Positions 54,825 through 64,000 of a DNA stretch of 64,000 bases are shown piece after piece. This DNA comes from a virus (taxonomy: Duplodnaviria; Caudoviricetes). Within the stretch, counting starts at the first letter, position 1. Every line of letters begins with the position of its first letter. The translations under genes and the position numbers were made by a program. The stretch is from positions 2,131 through 66,130 of the IMG/VR virus record IMGVR_UViG_3300044858_005176. One strand, written 5' to 3'. The notes under the pieces were generated by a model. The model was not told the origin of the DNA. It did not search any database and worked only from the letters and a program-made list of their open reading frames with translations.

Positions 54825-55078
54825 AGGGCCTCAAAAAAAAGGAACTCGCCGAACAAATGGGTCACTCGTCGACATTTGTGAGCGCGATGTGCCGATGCGG
54901 TTACATCATGAAGTACGGCTCCAGGACAACCCTCAAACACGCCTATGCTTGGCTGGCCGACCGATCCGCCGCCGGACGACCATTTCGGGTTTCGGAGGCG
55001 TATCCTGCCTTGGCTTTGCCGAAGTCAGCGCGCTCACGCAAGAATCAAGATCCTCAGCCTGAAGCCGCGTGTAAATAG
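54821..55078 (+). CDS. Excisionase/Cro-like HTH protein
   Basis: LKKKELAEQMGHSSTFVSAM; adjacent to integrase. Confidence 0.55.
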   Translation: MKGLKKKELAEQMGHSSTFVSAMCRCGYIMKYGSRTTLKHAYAWLADRSAAGRPFRVSEAYPALALPKSARSRKNQDPQPEAACK

Positions 55079-56054
55079 CATGAATCTCAGAACTAGCATG
55101 ACCAATAAACCTCCGCGCCTGTTGTTCATTCACGCCCGCCCTCGCCAATCGCGTGATGACCGTCACGCGGGTGGAGTGAAAACTGAAATGCAATCCCAGC
55201 CCTTGAAGGATGCGCCCCCAATCACGCGAGGCGTTCCGATGGAAGGCCCAAGTGTGAGTCAGTCCCGCCTCCTTCAGCTTGAGGAGGAGTGCTTTAACCG
55301 CTGGCAGCATCTTGGTGGTGTGCATTCTTCCGCGCTTCAGGCGGAAGGTGATCTTGTCACCCTTAAAATCCACCATGGAGAGGGGGAGGCTGGTTTCGGA
55401 CAACCTGCACCCTTGATTGATTGCGATAGTCCAACTGATCTCCCTCCAATCGGGGATGGGGGGGAAGGTAGCCTCAACTATCGCGCGTTCCTCGTCGCTA
55501 ATCTCCGGCTTCTCCTCAACCTTTTCGGCCTTGATTCCCATACGAGCGGCTGGATTCCGGACGATATACTCGCGCGCGACGGCCTCATTCAGGATCTTCC
55601 TCAAGATCCTCAGATCGAAGAGGGCGGTGTTCAGCTTCACCTTGGCGCAAGCGTTCCTCTTCCTTTTATTCTTGTTATCGGCGTTCTGCCTCCAGCCCAG
55701 ATAGTCGAAGCAATCCCTCCGGCTGATCTCGGAAGCGGATCGGATCTTTTTCAGGGTGAAGTATTCAAGAAGGTTTCGCCAAGCCCCGCTGTAACTCTCG
55801 AGCGTCAAATCTTGGTTCTTATGGGTGACATCCAGCCATGGCTGAACCCACGCGGAAAGATCGCGATCAGAGCGTTCGGAGGGCGCGGCTCCTCGCTCAG
55901 CGAACTCCTTGGCGGCCCTCAGGCGTCGAGCTTCACGGGTCTCATGGACAGAATCAACCCGCTTTCCGGTGGATTCCTGCCTCAGTCTGCCAGTATCATC
56001 AATGAACTTGATCCACCAGAAAGGGCTGCGCGCCCGCTTGTAAAGGGATGCCAT
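54933..56054 (-). CDS. int: Tyrosine integrase
   Basis: MASLYKR..SPFWWIKF arm domain; GCRLSE, HSTR, GH.S..IH.IY. Confidence 0.92.
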   Translation of the reverse strand: MASLYKRARSPFWWIKFIDDTGRLRQESTGKRVDSVHETREARRLRAAKEFAERGAAPSERSDRDLSAWVQPWLDVTHKNQDLTLESYSGAWRNLLEYFTLKKIRSASEISRRDCFDYLGWRQNADNKNKRKRNACAKVKLNTALFDLRILRKILNEAVAREYIVRNPAARMGIKAEKVEEKPEISDEERAIVEATFPPIPDWREISWTIAINQGCRLSETSLPLSMVDFKGDKITFRLKRGRMHTTKMLPAVKALLLKLKEAGLTHTWAFHRNASRDWGRILQGLGLHFSFHSTRVTVITRLARAGVNEQQARRFIGHASSEIHAIYTRLQAEDLDSCVSALTSAKPRQDTPPKPEMVVRRRIGRPAKHRRV

Positions 56055-56221
56055 AGTGTAGCCAGTGTAGCTTTTGGCCAAAAAAAAGCAAATAGTTACA
56101 GAGAGAACCTAAAAGGTTCTAAAAGTTCTACACAGAGAGGACATAATTCATGGTTCAAATCCATGCGGGGCAGCCACTGTATTTATCAGGCTCTAGCGGG
56201 TAGTGTAGCTAAAAGTGTAGC
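56055..56221. other. attP: tRNA-3'-end core flanked by arm-type repeats
   Basis: Core CATGG-TTCAAAT-CCATG-CGGGGCA-G-CCA at 56149-56176; AGTGTAGC at 56055, 56064, 56202, 56214. Confidence 0.8.
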
Positions 56222-56245
56222 TACATTTCATGGAAGGAGGGGGCT

Positions 56246-56902
56246 ATGAGCAATCCCACCGGTGAGTATGAGGACCATGTAGCGCGGCAAAATACGGCCT
56301 ACATCCTGGCCTTTGAGGAGTTCGAGGCAGGATTATCGGCTGAAGAAAGGGCTCTTTTAAGGGGGGCGGCCACTCCGGACATTGAGGATCACCAAGCTGA
56401 TTCCTCAAAGAGGCTGGTCTTTGGCATCGACCGCGATGTGGCTGATTCCTCTAAGGCTTCTTATCTCCCCGATCTGGCTTCAGAGATCGACACGGTTGCC
56501 GATGAGGTCCAGGAGAGGTGGGGGGTATCAAGGAAGGCCGCCATGGAAATCGCGGCATGGGTTGACTCTCGTATCGCAACTGAAGCTGAATCTCGCAAGG
56601 CCGCTCTGATCGTCAAAATCAGCGGTGTTTTCCTCCACTGCGCCAACGTGCGCCTTCTTGCGGCCGGACTGGCCTACGCGGCCGATTTGGCTTTGACCTA
56701 CGGTATGGGGACTATGGAGGCATGGGCCTCCAAACACGGACTCTCTCGGGCAGCGGTGAGCAAAAATGCGCGCTTCTGGAAGCGAGAGCTGGGGTTGCCT
56801 GGTGGCAGCCACATGAGAAAAGAAGAAATCTGCGCCTCTTACAGCGAGGCGCAAAAAACAAAACACTGGAGACACAAAACGTATGGAAATAAAACTGATT
56901 GA
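56246..56902 (+). CDS. Protein with C-terminal sigma-region-4-like HTH
   Basis: TMEAWASKHGLSRAAVSKNARFWKRELG; GGAGG upstream. Confidence 0.6.
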   Translation: MSNPTGEYEDHVARQNTAYILAFEEFEAGLSAEERALLRGAATPDIEDHQADSSKRLVFGIDRDVADSSKASYLPDLASEIDTVADEVQERWGVSRKAAMEIAAWVDSRIATEAESRKAALIVKISGVFLHCANVRLLAAGLAYAADLALTYGMGTMEAWASKHGLSRAAVSKNARFWKRELGLPGGSHMRKEEICASYSEAQKTKHWRHKTYGNKTD

Positions 56903-57518
56903 TGACATGGCCCCCGCTCTCAAGTGGGTGGACAACGGCTTGGCTATTCCGGCTGACACATCCAAGGATGAAGTCGCTGCGATCCTGAAGAACTTCAGCT
57001 TCTGGCAAAATGCTAGCGCTGTCGCTCTTGCCGATGTTCTGGCCTTCGCCTCCTCCAAGGGGTATCTCGATCAACTGGAGCTAGTCTTCGCCGAGTGCGG
57101 ATTGACTCCTACGGATGTATCCCGCGCATTGGCCATCAGTGATGTTCCTCGGGGGTTGCGCTCCGAAAAGTTGAGCGCGGAACACTATTTTGTGGTGGCC
57201 CGCATGACCATGGATCAGCAAACAAAGTGGCTGGCCGCTGCGGAAAAAAACAGCCTCAGCGCCCTCGAACTCAAGCGATCGATCGAGGCCGGTCGGGTGC
57301 TGACCAAGGAGGAGATTGCGGAACTCTCCGGCAAGGGGAGCGGAATCGTGAACTACCATGGTATCGTGAATCAATGGGGTCGCTGGTCGTCCAAGGTCGG
57401 TGGTGTTCAAGGGATCACGGCATGGCCGACTCCGGTGCTACGGCAGTGGCTCGCTGATGTTTCACCAATCGTCGAGGCGGTTGAGGCCGCAAAGGCCGCT
57501 TTGAACGACAGAAAATGA
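56883..57518 (+). CDS. Hypothetical helical protein
   Basis: LSAEHY..VA....QTKWL..AEKNSLSALELKRSI. Confidence 0.65.
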   Translation: MEIKLIDDMAPALKWVDNGLAIPADTSKDEVAAILKNFSFWQNASAVALADVLAFASSKGYLDQLELVFAECGLTPTDVSRALAISDVPRGLRSEKLSAEHYFVVARMTMDQQTKWLAAAEKNSLSALELKRSIEAGRVLTKEEIAELSGKGSGIVNYHGIVNQWGRWSSKVGGVQGITAWPTPVLRQWLADVSPIVEAVEAAKAALNDRK

Positions 57519-57797
57519 GCGAACTAGAGCAAATCGCCCATGATTTAGCCGTGGCCCTGTCCGCCTTGCGGATGGGGCGCGGTCAGCCTAATGGGATCGT
57601 CGATGAGGCCGTCCAAGAGGCCCTGGAGGCCTACGACCGCTACAGGAGCAACGAGGATTCAATAGTGACGACAGGAGAGGTGTCATGAATCTGATCAAAC
57701 GACTATGGCGTTGGTACTGTGCCGCCTGCGGCTACACGACCAATGAAACGAAGAGGGAAGAGCCTCGGTTCCGTTCTTCACTTCCAGGGAAGAAGCT

Positions 57798-57998
57798 GTG
57801 AGCTGCGAAGGTCATCACCTGTCCAAATACGCGGCCAAAAAAGCAGCCGAGCGCATCGCCACGAACGATGCCTCGGCTCAGCCGGTCGTCCTAAAATGCA
57901 CCCGCTGTGCAGGCTGGAATGTCTCCGATCTTTCGGACGCCCGTTACTTCATCAATGCCCTCGTTGAGGGGCTAACTTCAAAACAACCAAATGAATGA
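57798..57998 (+). CDS. Small Cys-containing protein
   Basis: C..H and CTRC; packed with neighbours. Confidence 0.45.
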   Translation: MSCEGHHLSKYAAKKAAERIATNDASAQPVVLKCTRCAGWNVSDLSDARYFINALVEGLTSKQPNE

Positions 57999-58061
57999 TC
58001 AGATCCTTTCTGCGCTCACCGGACTTGTGCTGGTGGTCCTTTACTTCACCACGCCAAAGAC

Positions 58062-58322
58062 ATGAAAACCAATCGAAAGCTGGGTAAGTGGTACGCCTCA
58101 CCTAAGGGTGGGTTCCCGGGCATCGAGTTCCGCGACGGATATAAAAAGCTCTGCTCTGTGGAGATGTCTTCTCTCGCAAACAATCCTGAGCCAGGAACCA
58201 GCGCTCTGTGGCTCGGAGTCAATGGCCACCGCATGCATCTGATGCGCGAACAAGTCGAGGCCCTTCAGTGGGTTTTGGAAACATGGTTGTGTGAGGGGGG
58301 CTTCAAAAAAGAGCAAAAATGA
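58062..58322 (+). CDS. Hypothetical protein
   Basis: ATGA overlap with primase. Confidence 0.6.
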   Translation: MKTNRKLGKWYASPKGGFPGIEFRDGYKKLCSVEMSSLANNPEPGTSALWLGVNGHRMHLMREQVEALQWVLETWLCEGGFKKEQK

Positions 58323-59554
58323 TCGATATTGCTGATACTAAGCGGCGGATGCCTTTGAGGGCGATCATGGAACGGGATGGAATGTCGTTCCGAAATGCTG
58401 GCTCGTCCTTGATCGCTATCTGTCCCTTTCACGAGGAGGGAACTCCTTCCCTTCATCTGCATGAAACGATGGATGGGGGATGGTTCAAATGCTTTGGCTG
58501 CGACGCCAAGGGTGATGCTCTTTCCTATCTGAAGCAACGCCACAATATGAATGTCAAGGCGGCTCTTGAATACATGGGCGGAAGATCAACTTCCATGCCG
58601 ATCAATGTTCCGGTAGCGCGTCCAGCAGTTGAGCCGGTGGTGATTGAGCCTTTGACCGATCTCACGGAATGGATGGGGGCTTGTGATCTCATGGGCAATG
58701 AGCAGGCCTATGGATGGGCCGAGTGGAGGGGATTGCGCGTGGAGGTCATGCAGTGGGCCGCCAAGGAACGTCTGTGCGGAACTGTCCTTTATCAAGGGGA
58801 TTGGAGGGAGGCTTTTGCGATCCGCCGCGCCGATGGGGCTATGCTTGGCGAACACATACGCCTTGCTCCTAATTCAAGGGGAAATATTTCTCCGAAGGCC
58901 TCTTGGAGGTATCGGCCCGCCGGTATTGGTGCATGGCCATTTGCCGTACTGCCTAAGTCTGGAATCTCCTCGGTCAAATATGTCTTTGTCACAGAGGGGC
59001 AGTGGGATGCCCTGGCTCTCGTCGATGTCATGGAGTGGGAGCAGGCGTGGCCGGATTCCATTGCGCTTTTTGGAATGAGGGGGGCAACAAGTTGGAAAAA
59101 ACTAATGGAATACAAGTTTGGGACGAACTCGGTATTCTTCTTGATAGCGGATCACGATAAGGCCGGGGAGGGTTGGCATTCAGCCGAGGGATCCATCTCT
59201 TGCAAGCTCGAGGACATGGGATTTCGGGTCATTGGCTTCTGGCCTTACGATGGGATCAAGGATCTCAATGATTGTGTAAAAAATCTCGATGAGAATGGGA
59301 AGAAACACTTCCGAGATGTCCTGAGATCGAAGATCGGGACAAAGAAGAAAGAGCCACGGCCTACATTTAGACAATGGCTTGAGGCTCAAAAGAATCGTGA
59401 GGATGCTATTGGTGCCATCGGGCGGGAAATTAAAAGGGGAATGAAGCTGCCGCCAGCCCGCGCTCCTTTCTGGAAATGGCAGACGTTTGCCAGGGAAATG
59501 AATTGGGATCTCGATGTCTTTGGAACTGCTTGGGAGGAATACAAAAAACTATGA
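58319..59554 (+). CDS. DNA primase (CHC2 zinc finger plus TOPRIM)
   Basis: CPFHEE.TPS, FKCFGC, VTEGQWD, IADHD.AG, KDLND. Confidence 0.9.
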   Translation: MIDIADTKRRMPLRAIMERDGMSFRNAGSSLIAICPFHEEGTPSLHLHETMDGGWFKCFGCDAKGDALSYLKQRHNMNVKAALEYMGGRSTSMPINVPVARPAVEPVVIEPLTDLTEWMGACDLMGNEQAYGWAEWRGLRVEVMQWAAKERLCGTVLYQGDWREAFAIRRADGAMLGEHIRLAPNSRGNISPKASWRYRPAGIGAWPFAVLPKSGISSVKYVFVTEGQWDALALVDVMEWEQAWPDSIALFGMRGATSWKKLMEYKFGTNSVFFLIADHDKAGEGWHSAEGSISCKLEDMGFRVIGFWPYDGIKDLNDCVKNLDENGKKHFRDVLRSKIGTKKKEPRPTFRQWLEAQKNREDAIGAIGREIKRGMKLPPARAPFWKWQTFAREMNWDLDVFGTAWEEYKKL

Positions 59555-60093
59555 GCCAAATAATGGCTGGTGCGCCCTCACCGGAAAACGAATCCACAGG
59601 AATGCAGGGGATCCATGAGGTCCTAACCGGTCGGTTAGGTGCCAGATATGGAGCTATTCCTGTGATTCCGATGCCTCAAGAGAATGAACTGATCATTGGA
59701 TTCGTTCAGTCATTGGCTCATCACCTTAAAGGAAAGGGTTTATATCGCCGCGATCGCCTCGTGATGATTCCTAACTACGAGCAGGGAAGGCTTATCATCA
59801 TGACCGAGAATCACTTCTGCGTCTGGAGTCAAAAGTTCGTAGTGACCAGTAAGGAGAAGCGGACCAAGGACGGGGAAATTTACACCGTCATGAAGGATAT
59901 GCCGACAGATTCTGCTAAAAAAACGCTCGAGTCCGACATGTTTATCTACTCTTTAGGAAGAATTGACGAAGTGCATGGGGTTCCTATGCCGAAGCTGTCC
60001 GGTGAAAATATTTCTCTGATGGAATCTGGATACGACGAGGAACTCAAGGTCTTCACATTTAACCCATACCAACCCCAAAATACAAATGAATGA
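59551..60093 (+). CDS. N-terminal part of a primase-associated helicase
   Basis: Coupled to primase; ends near SGYDEELKVF. Confidence 0.55.
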   Translation: MSQIMAGAPSPENESTGMQGIHEVLTGRLGARYGAIPVIPMPQENELIIGFVQSLAHHLKGKGLYRRDRLVMIPNYEQGRLIIMTENHFCVWSQKFVVTSKEKRTKDGEIYTVMKDMPTDSAKKTLESDMFIYSLGRIDEVHGVPMPKLSGENISLMESGYDEELKVFTFNPYQPQNTNE

Positions 60094-60871
60094 TGAACTA
60101 AAACTGGAACGAGAACTAGCCGTATCACAGGCCCAAGTAAAAGAGATCCGATCCGCACTAGGTGATGACGGCAGGAGAACTCACAAGGAAATCCTTGAAA
60201 TGGCATTCAAGGCTTCTGGATGGAAGGTCTGGAAGGATAAATATATCGACCTGCGAAACGCTCACATTGCCGAGGGTCAAGACCCCGCTGGCACAATATG
60301 GGAACACGCAGACAAGTTGCAGAAAGAGTTGAAAGAAGCAAAGGCCGAGATCGCAAAGCTAAATCACCAACTCCTAAAAACAGAATCCGACTTGCTCCAA
60401 TCACAGGACATCAATTCGTTCCTAGAGGCCGAGTTTGGCATTGCTTGCAATCGAGCGGGAAAAGCAGAGGCAGAATCAGAGTCCCGCCGTCAGTCACTAG
60501 CCTTTGCTCTGAATGAGATTAAAAAATCCGAGGCAGAAGCCGAGTTATACAAAAAGAGCGTCAAAGCCTATGTCCATGCCTGCGAACCAATTCGAGGAAT
60601 GGCTGACAAGCTGGGTCTTCGGCTAGGTGAGTGCATAATCCAACATGGCGTTCCTCTACTATTGGAAAGCCACAAGAAAGCCGTGGCCGAGGTCGAAAGG
60701 CTCAGGGAGCTTCTGAACCTAGCGATTGAGATTGCTGACAATCTAAAAAAATACGCACAAATGCCCCTGACAAGCGATTTCCCACAAATCGCTGTTGATA
60801 GTCTTATGTCTCTCAAAGCAGTCCCCTACCTGGCCAATGCATCGGAGGAGGGGATGAATCCAACCCTCTAG
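60086..60871 (+). CDS. Coiled-coil cassette protein
   Basis: ERELA, KAEAE and AEVERL repeats. Confidence 0.6.
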   Translation: MNDELKLERELAVSQAQVKEIRSALGDDGRRTHKEILEMAFKASGWKVWKDKYIDLRNAHIAEGQDPAGTIWEHADKLQKELKEAKAEIAKLNHQLLKTESDLLQSQDINSFLEAEFGIACNRAGKAEAESESRRQSLAFALNEIKKSEAEAELYKKSVKAYVHACEPIRGMADKLGLRLGECIIQHGVPLLLESHKKAVAEVERLRELLNLAIEIADNLKKYAQMPLTSDFPQIAVDSLMSLKAVPYLANASEEGMNPTL

Positions 60872-61037
60872 GAGAAAGAACCTACGAGGTTCGCATCAAC
60901 AGCGAAGTAATTACTACTTTCAAGCACAAGCGAAGCGATGGACTTGGGGCTTGCTTACTTGAAGCGTCAAAAGCAGTAGAACGATCTAAATGGAATGCAG
61001 TAGAAAAACTTATACAGAAAATCAACTCCAACCAAAA

Positions 61038-61217
61038 ATGAAAACCACCGACACACCACGCACAGATGCCGCTCGTGAGCCATACTATGACGGCAAAACC
61101 TCAGACTGGGTGCATTACACAATCTGCCGAATGATTGAACGAGAACTCGCCGCATCCAAAGCCGAGGTCGAAAGGCTCCGTAAAGAAATAGCCTTCAGAG
61201 AACAGTCAACAAAATGA
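61038..61217 (+). CDS. MKTTDTPRTD cassette protein 1
   Basis: CCAACCAAAAATG leader; ELAASKAEVERL. Confidence 0.6.
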   Translation: MKTTDTPRTDAAREPYYDGKTSDWVHYTICRMIERELAASKAEVERLRKEIAFREQSTK

Positions 61218-61507
61218 TCCCCGAATGGCGAGAGCTTGGGCCAGACGAGGAACTCCACACAGGGGATCAAGTCCAAGCAAAGCACCACGATAGGCTACAC
61301 GGAGTATGGCTTGATGTTTTCCCATACGAGGTGGGTGCAATGCCTATAGACCATGAGGCGTTCAGATACCGCACCCGCCGCCCGTTGCCAAAGCAGGAAG
61401 GAGAACAGCCCTATTGCTCGCGATGCAAATACAACCACGCTTTCCCCTGCGAAGGGAGCCTAGCGGGAGTGCCATTGAAAAAAGTGATCTTCCCCAACCA
61501 AAAATGA
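61214..61507 (+). CDS. Hypothetical protein
   Basis: WRELGPDE...GD...YRTRRPLP; ATGA overlaps. Confidence 0.55.
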   Translation: MIPEWRELGPDEELHTGDQVQAKHHDRLHGVWLDVFPYEVGAMPIDHEAFRYRTRRPLPKQEGEQPYCSRCKYNHAFPCEGSLAGVPLKKVIFPNQK

Positions 61508-62061
61508 AAACCACCGACACACCACGAACCGATGCCGCAAGATTGAAGCTTGGGCAGGAGCTAGAGCGTGAGCTAAAGGCATCTAAAGCCGAGGTCGCCC
61601 GACTCCAGAATGAGCTAGACGCAACTTGCAATGCTGAAGAACTGCGGCAGGAACGCGAGACGAGGAAGAGAGCCGAGGCCGAGGTCGCAAGGCTCAACAA
61701 CATCTTGGAGAATACCAGAATGTCTAGGGACACCATGATTGAAGACAGGAATCTCTTAGATCAAGAACTCGCCGCATCACAGGCCGAGGTCGAGAGGCTT
61801 AAAAGGGAGTTGGACGCTTGGGACTACGGAACCCGCGCAAAACGAGAGCAGGAAGCAAGGAAGAAGGCAGAGGCCGAGGTCGAGAGGCTTCGATCGCAGC
61901 TCGCAAGATCCGTCGAGATTGCTGAAACAGCGTGTAAGTACCTAGATACTGGCGGCTGGAATGAGGACGAGATGTATTCTGGAAAAGATGGATGGGTAAC
62001 GGAGACGGAGATAGATGAGGTGTGTGCCACCCTCGCCGTACTCAAATCTGAAATCAAATGA
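61504..62061 (+). CDS. MKTTDTPRTD cassette protein 2
   Basis: Four AEV(A/E)RL units. Confidence 0.6.
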   Translation: MKTTDTPRTDAARLKLGQELERELKASKAEVARLQNELDATCNAEELRQERETRKRAEAEVARLNNILENTRMSRDTMIEDRNLLDQELAASQAEVERLKRELDAWDYGTRAKREQEARKKAEAEVERLRSQLARSVEIAETACKYLDTGGWNEDEMYSGKDGWVTETEIDEVCATLAVLKSEIK

Positions 62062-62177
62062 CAACCGACACACCACGAACGAATTCCTGCCCCCATTGCG
62101 GGGTTAATGAATCACGCATCCGGCCCTGCCTGCGAACTCTACAAAAACTCGTCAACTTTAACAATCCGATCCTCTAA
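62058..62177 (+). CDS. MTTDTPRT cassette peptide 3 with CPHCG
   Basis: ATGA overlap; same 5' module as 61038 and 61504. Confidence 0.45.
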   Translation: MTTDTPRTNSCPHCGVNESRIRPCLRTLQKLVNFNNPIL

Positions 62178-62381
62178 ACCACCATGCCTAAACCCATCCC
62201 TTCCTACAGCATCCGTTTCACCAAGAAAGAGTTGTCGATCATCACCCACACCCTGGATCTCCTTCTCCAAGAGATGGAGGATCTGGAGGCCCTAAGACCA
62301 AGGAAAGGTACGAGGCCATTATTACGCTCTACCAAAAGCTGATGCCCGCCACCCTATCCTCTTTCACGACATCCACCTAAC

Positions 62382-63554
62382 ATGAATACTTGCCCTTACT
62401 ATGAATGGTCTCTGGAGGAATCTCGAGACTACCTTCGCGAACTTCTGTCGGAATTTCCGTTCGCTGATATTTCCGAAGATGGAAACTCTAGGTCTCTCGC
62501 TGTCCAGATCGCAGCCATGCTTTCTCAGTTCTGTTGCTCGATGCTTCCTCCTGGGGCATCGCGCATGGGTGTTATTTACAACGCAAACTCGCAACGATCG
62601 GGAAAATCTCTATTAGCGAAAATTGCCATCACCCCAGTTCATGGGCCATTCACTCCCTCAACATGGAAGTCCAACGAGGATGAGCTAAACAAGGTAATTG
62701 ATTCTGCCGTTTTGGCCGGTCAAACTTATCTATGCTTCGATAATGTTAGGGGTTATCTGGCTTCGCAAACCCTTGAGGCCATAATGACTGCTCCGGAATG
62801 GACGGGTCGTATTCTAGGTAAAACGGAAATGTTTAGGGCTACCAATCGCCTGACGCTATTTGTTACCGGAAATGACTGCATTCTTTCTCCCGACTTGGAT
62901 CATCGAACCCTCCTTTGTGATCTCTACGTTCCTGAAGGCGATGTGCAGACTCGCAATCCCTCGTTGGTAATCGACGATACCTGGCTCATGAATTGGGAAA
63001 ACCGAAAGCGCATTCTCTCTGCTCTTTGGGGGTTGGTCAGGTCATGGCACGCAGCGGGTATGCCTACCGCGACTTCCTTTGGGTTCAAGCCGAGATTGGG
63101 GTTCGAACGCTGGGGAGAGCTTGTTGGAGGGATCGTGGGGCATGCTGGGTTCGGAAACTGTCTCGAGCGGCCGGTCAGCGATACCTCGGGGGACAGCGAG
63201 AGCAGGAATATCAGAAAAATGATTCAGTCTCTCATGGCTGAAGCCATACACGACCGGCAGGAGTTCACATTCCAGAAGATCGTCAATATCTGCCACGATA
63301 ACGACATCTTTGATTGGATGCTGGATGGCCGTGCAAATCAGGAGGGAGATTTTGTTCTTAGTATGAAGTCAAAGAGCAAGTTTAGCCTCACTTTAGCGCG
63401 TTATGCTCCAAGTATCGATAACTCGGTTGGAAAATCAACCCAACGAGAACCTCGACGTTATATCATTGATGAAAAGGAAATTTTATTTGGATGCCAAGGT
63501 CAGTTTAGGCATAAGCGCTATTTCATTCAGCAGCCCGAAGGCACTGTTCAATAA
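62382..63554 (+). CDS. SF3-like helicase ATPase domain
   Basis: LLSEFPF, Walker A QRSGKS, Walker B CFDN, motif C VTGN. Confidence 0.8.
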   Translation: MNTCPYYEWSLEESRDYLRELLSEFPFADISEDGNSRSLAVQIAAMLSQFCCSMLPPGASRMGVIYNANSQRSGKSLLAKIAITPVHGPFTPSTWKSNEDELNKVIDSAVLAGQTYLCFDNVRGYLASQTLEAIMTAPEWTGRILGKTEMFRATNRLTLFVTGNDCILSPDLDHRTLLCDLYVPEGDVQTRNPSLVIDDTWLMNWENRKRILSALWGLVRSWHAAGMPTATSFGFKPRLGFERWGELVGGIVGHAGFGNCLERPVSDTSGDSESRNIRKMIQSLMAEAIHDRQEFTFQKIVNICHDNDIFDWMLDGRANQEGDFVLSMKSKSKFSLTLARYAPSIDNSVGKSTQREPRRYIIDEKEILFGCQGQFRHKRYFIQQPEGTVQ

Positions 63555-63654
63555 TAGACAGATTCCCTGCAACCCATTGGTATTGGTATGCTCATACCTT
63601 GCCAATGGGTTTTTTCTGCATAGATAAGATCATTATTATGAGATACTTGTGATG

Positions 63655-63930
63655 CGGCAAGGTTGTTTTTACCTTGCCCTAAGACCTTGACCTTCGCAAG
63701 ATGCTATAAATGAATTGGTTATGTAATTGAGGTCAAGGTGGTCAAGGTGGGCATAGGTTTATCTACATGTGGAAAAAAACCAAAGATGCATTATTGCGGA
63801 AATTTCTATATTGGAGTGGCAAAAAACCTATGCCCACCTTGACCACCTTGACCTGGTGTTTCCAAATCATTATCAGATCAAGGGTTGTATATGGTCAAGG
63901 TTGTCGCAGTGGTTCATTTCAACCTGTGCA
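63655..63930. repeat. Putative replication origin: 31-bp perfect inverted repeat plus CAAGGT iterons
   Basis: 63730-63760 is the exact reverse complement of 63824-63854; 63-bp AT-rich spacer. Confidence 0.75.
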
Positions 63931-64000
63931 GGTAAATCACCACCATGGTGGTTAAAGGAATCTATTTACATGGTTAATCGACAGGTTAGCCGTAGGCCTA

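Noticed and set aside
56100-56176. Complete tRNA gene
   Set aside because: Only the T-arm and 3' acceptor strand are present; no matching 5' TGCCCCG or D-arm upstream, so it is treated as an att core.
54945-56249. 434-aa plus-strand ORF
   Set aside because: Antisense to the integrase and runs across attP; no recognisable domain.
60060-62385. Self-splicing intron or intein splitting the helicase
   Set aside because: Insert is filled with coupled ORFs; no homing endonuclease, RT or intein motifs seen.

Overview
The window is almost a whole temperate tailed-phage genome of lambda-like siphovirus type, apparently in its excised form because an intact attP is present. A PVC-superphylum host (probably Verrucomicrobiota) is inferred only from gene content and SD-less, A/C-rich leaders. 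Layout: (1) C-terminus of a GpA-type terminase (2-415). (2) An 18-kb leftward early block with LuxR, GYF_2, SNF2 helicase, a ligase NTase domain, ParB, a histone-fold-like mini protein, a Ycf46-type AAA/DUF2997/DUF1257 module and a beta clamp. (3) A repeat-rich divergence point (18.3-18.7 kb). (4) Head genes: gpW-like, portal, a 1581-aa modular polyprotein, phosphoesterase, protease-scaffold, decoration and major capsid. (5) Tail genes, many in tandem paralogous pairs, then lysis genes. (6) A divergent RHH/RHH switch, xis-like gene, tyrosine integrase and a tRNA-Asn-type attP. (7) Primase, a helicase split by a cassette array, and an iteron/inverted-repeat origin. Main candidate novel system: a head-cargo polyprotein of about 11 modules (ART-like, DUF6321-like, LRAT-like, many glycine-zipper helices) punctuated by a recurring (L/F)S(A/R)..(K/R)(E/Q)F motif shared with the prohead protease/scaffold. 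Also notable are seven GTCTTA-C(G/C)A-TAAGAC palindromes near parB and ten GTTGAC elements fixed 15-19 nt before late-gene start codons. Family names come from motif recognition by eye; no database search was run.
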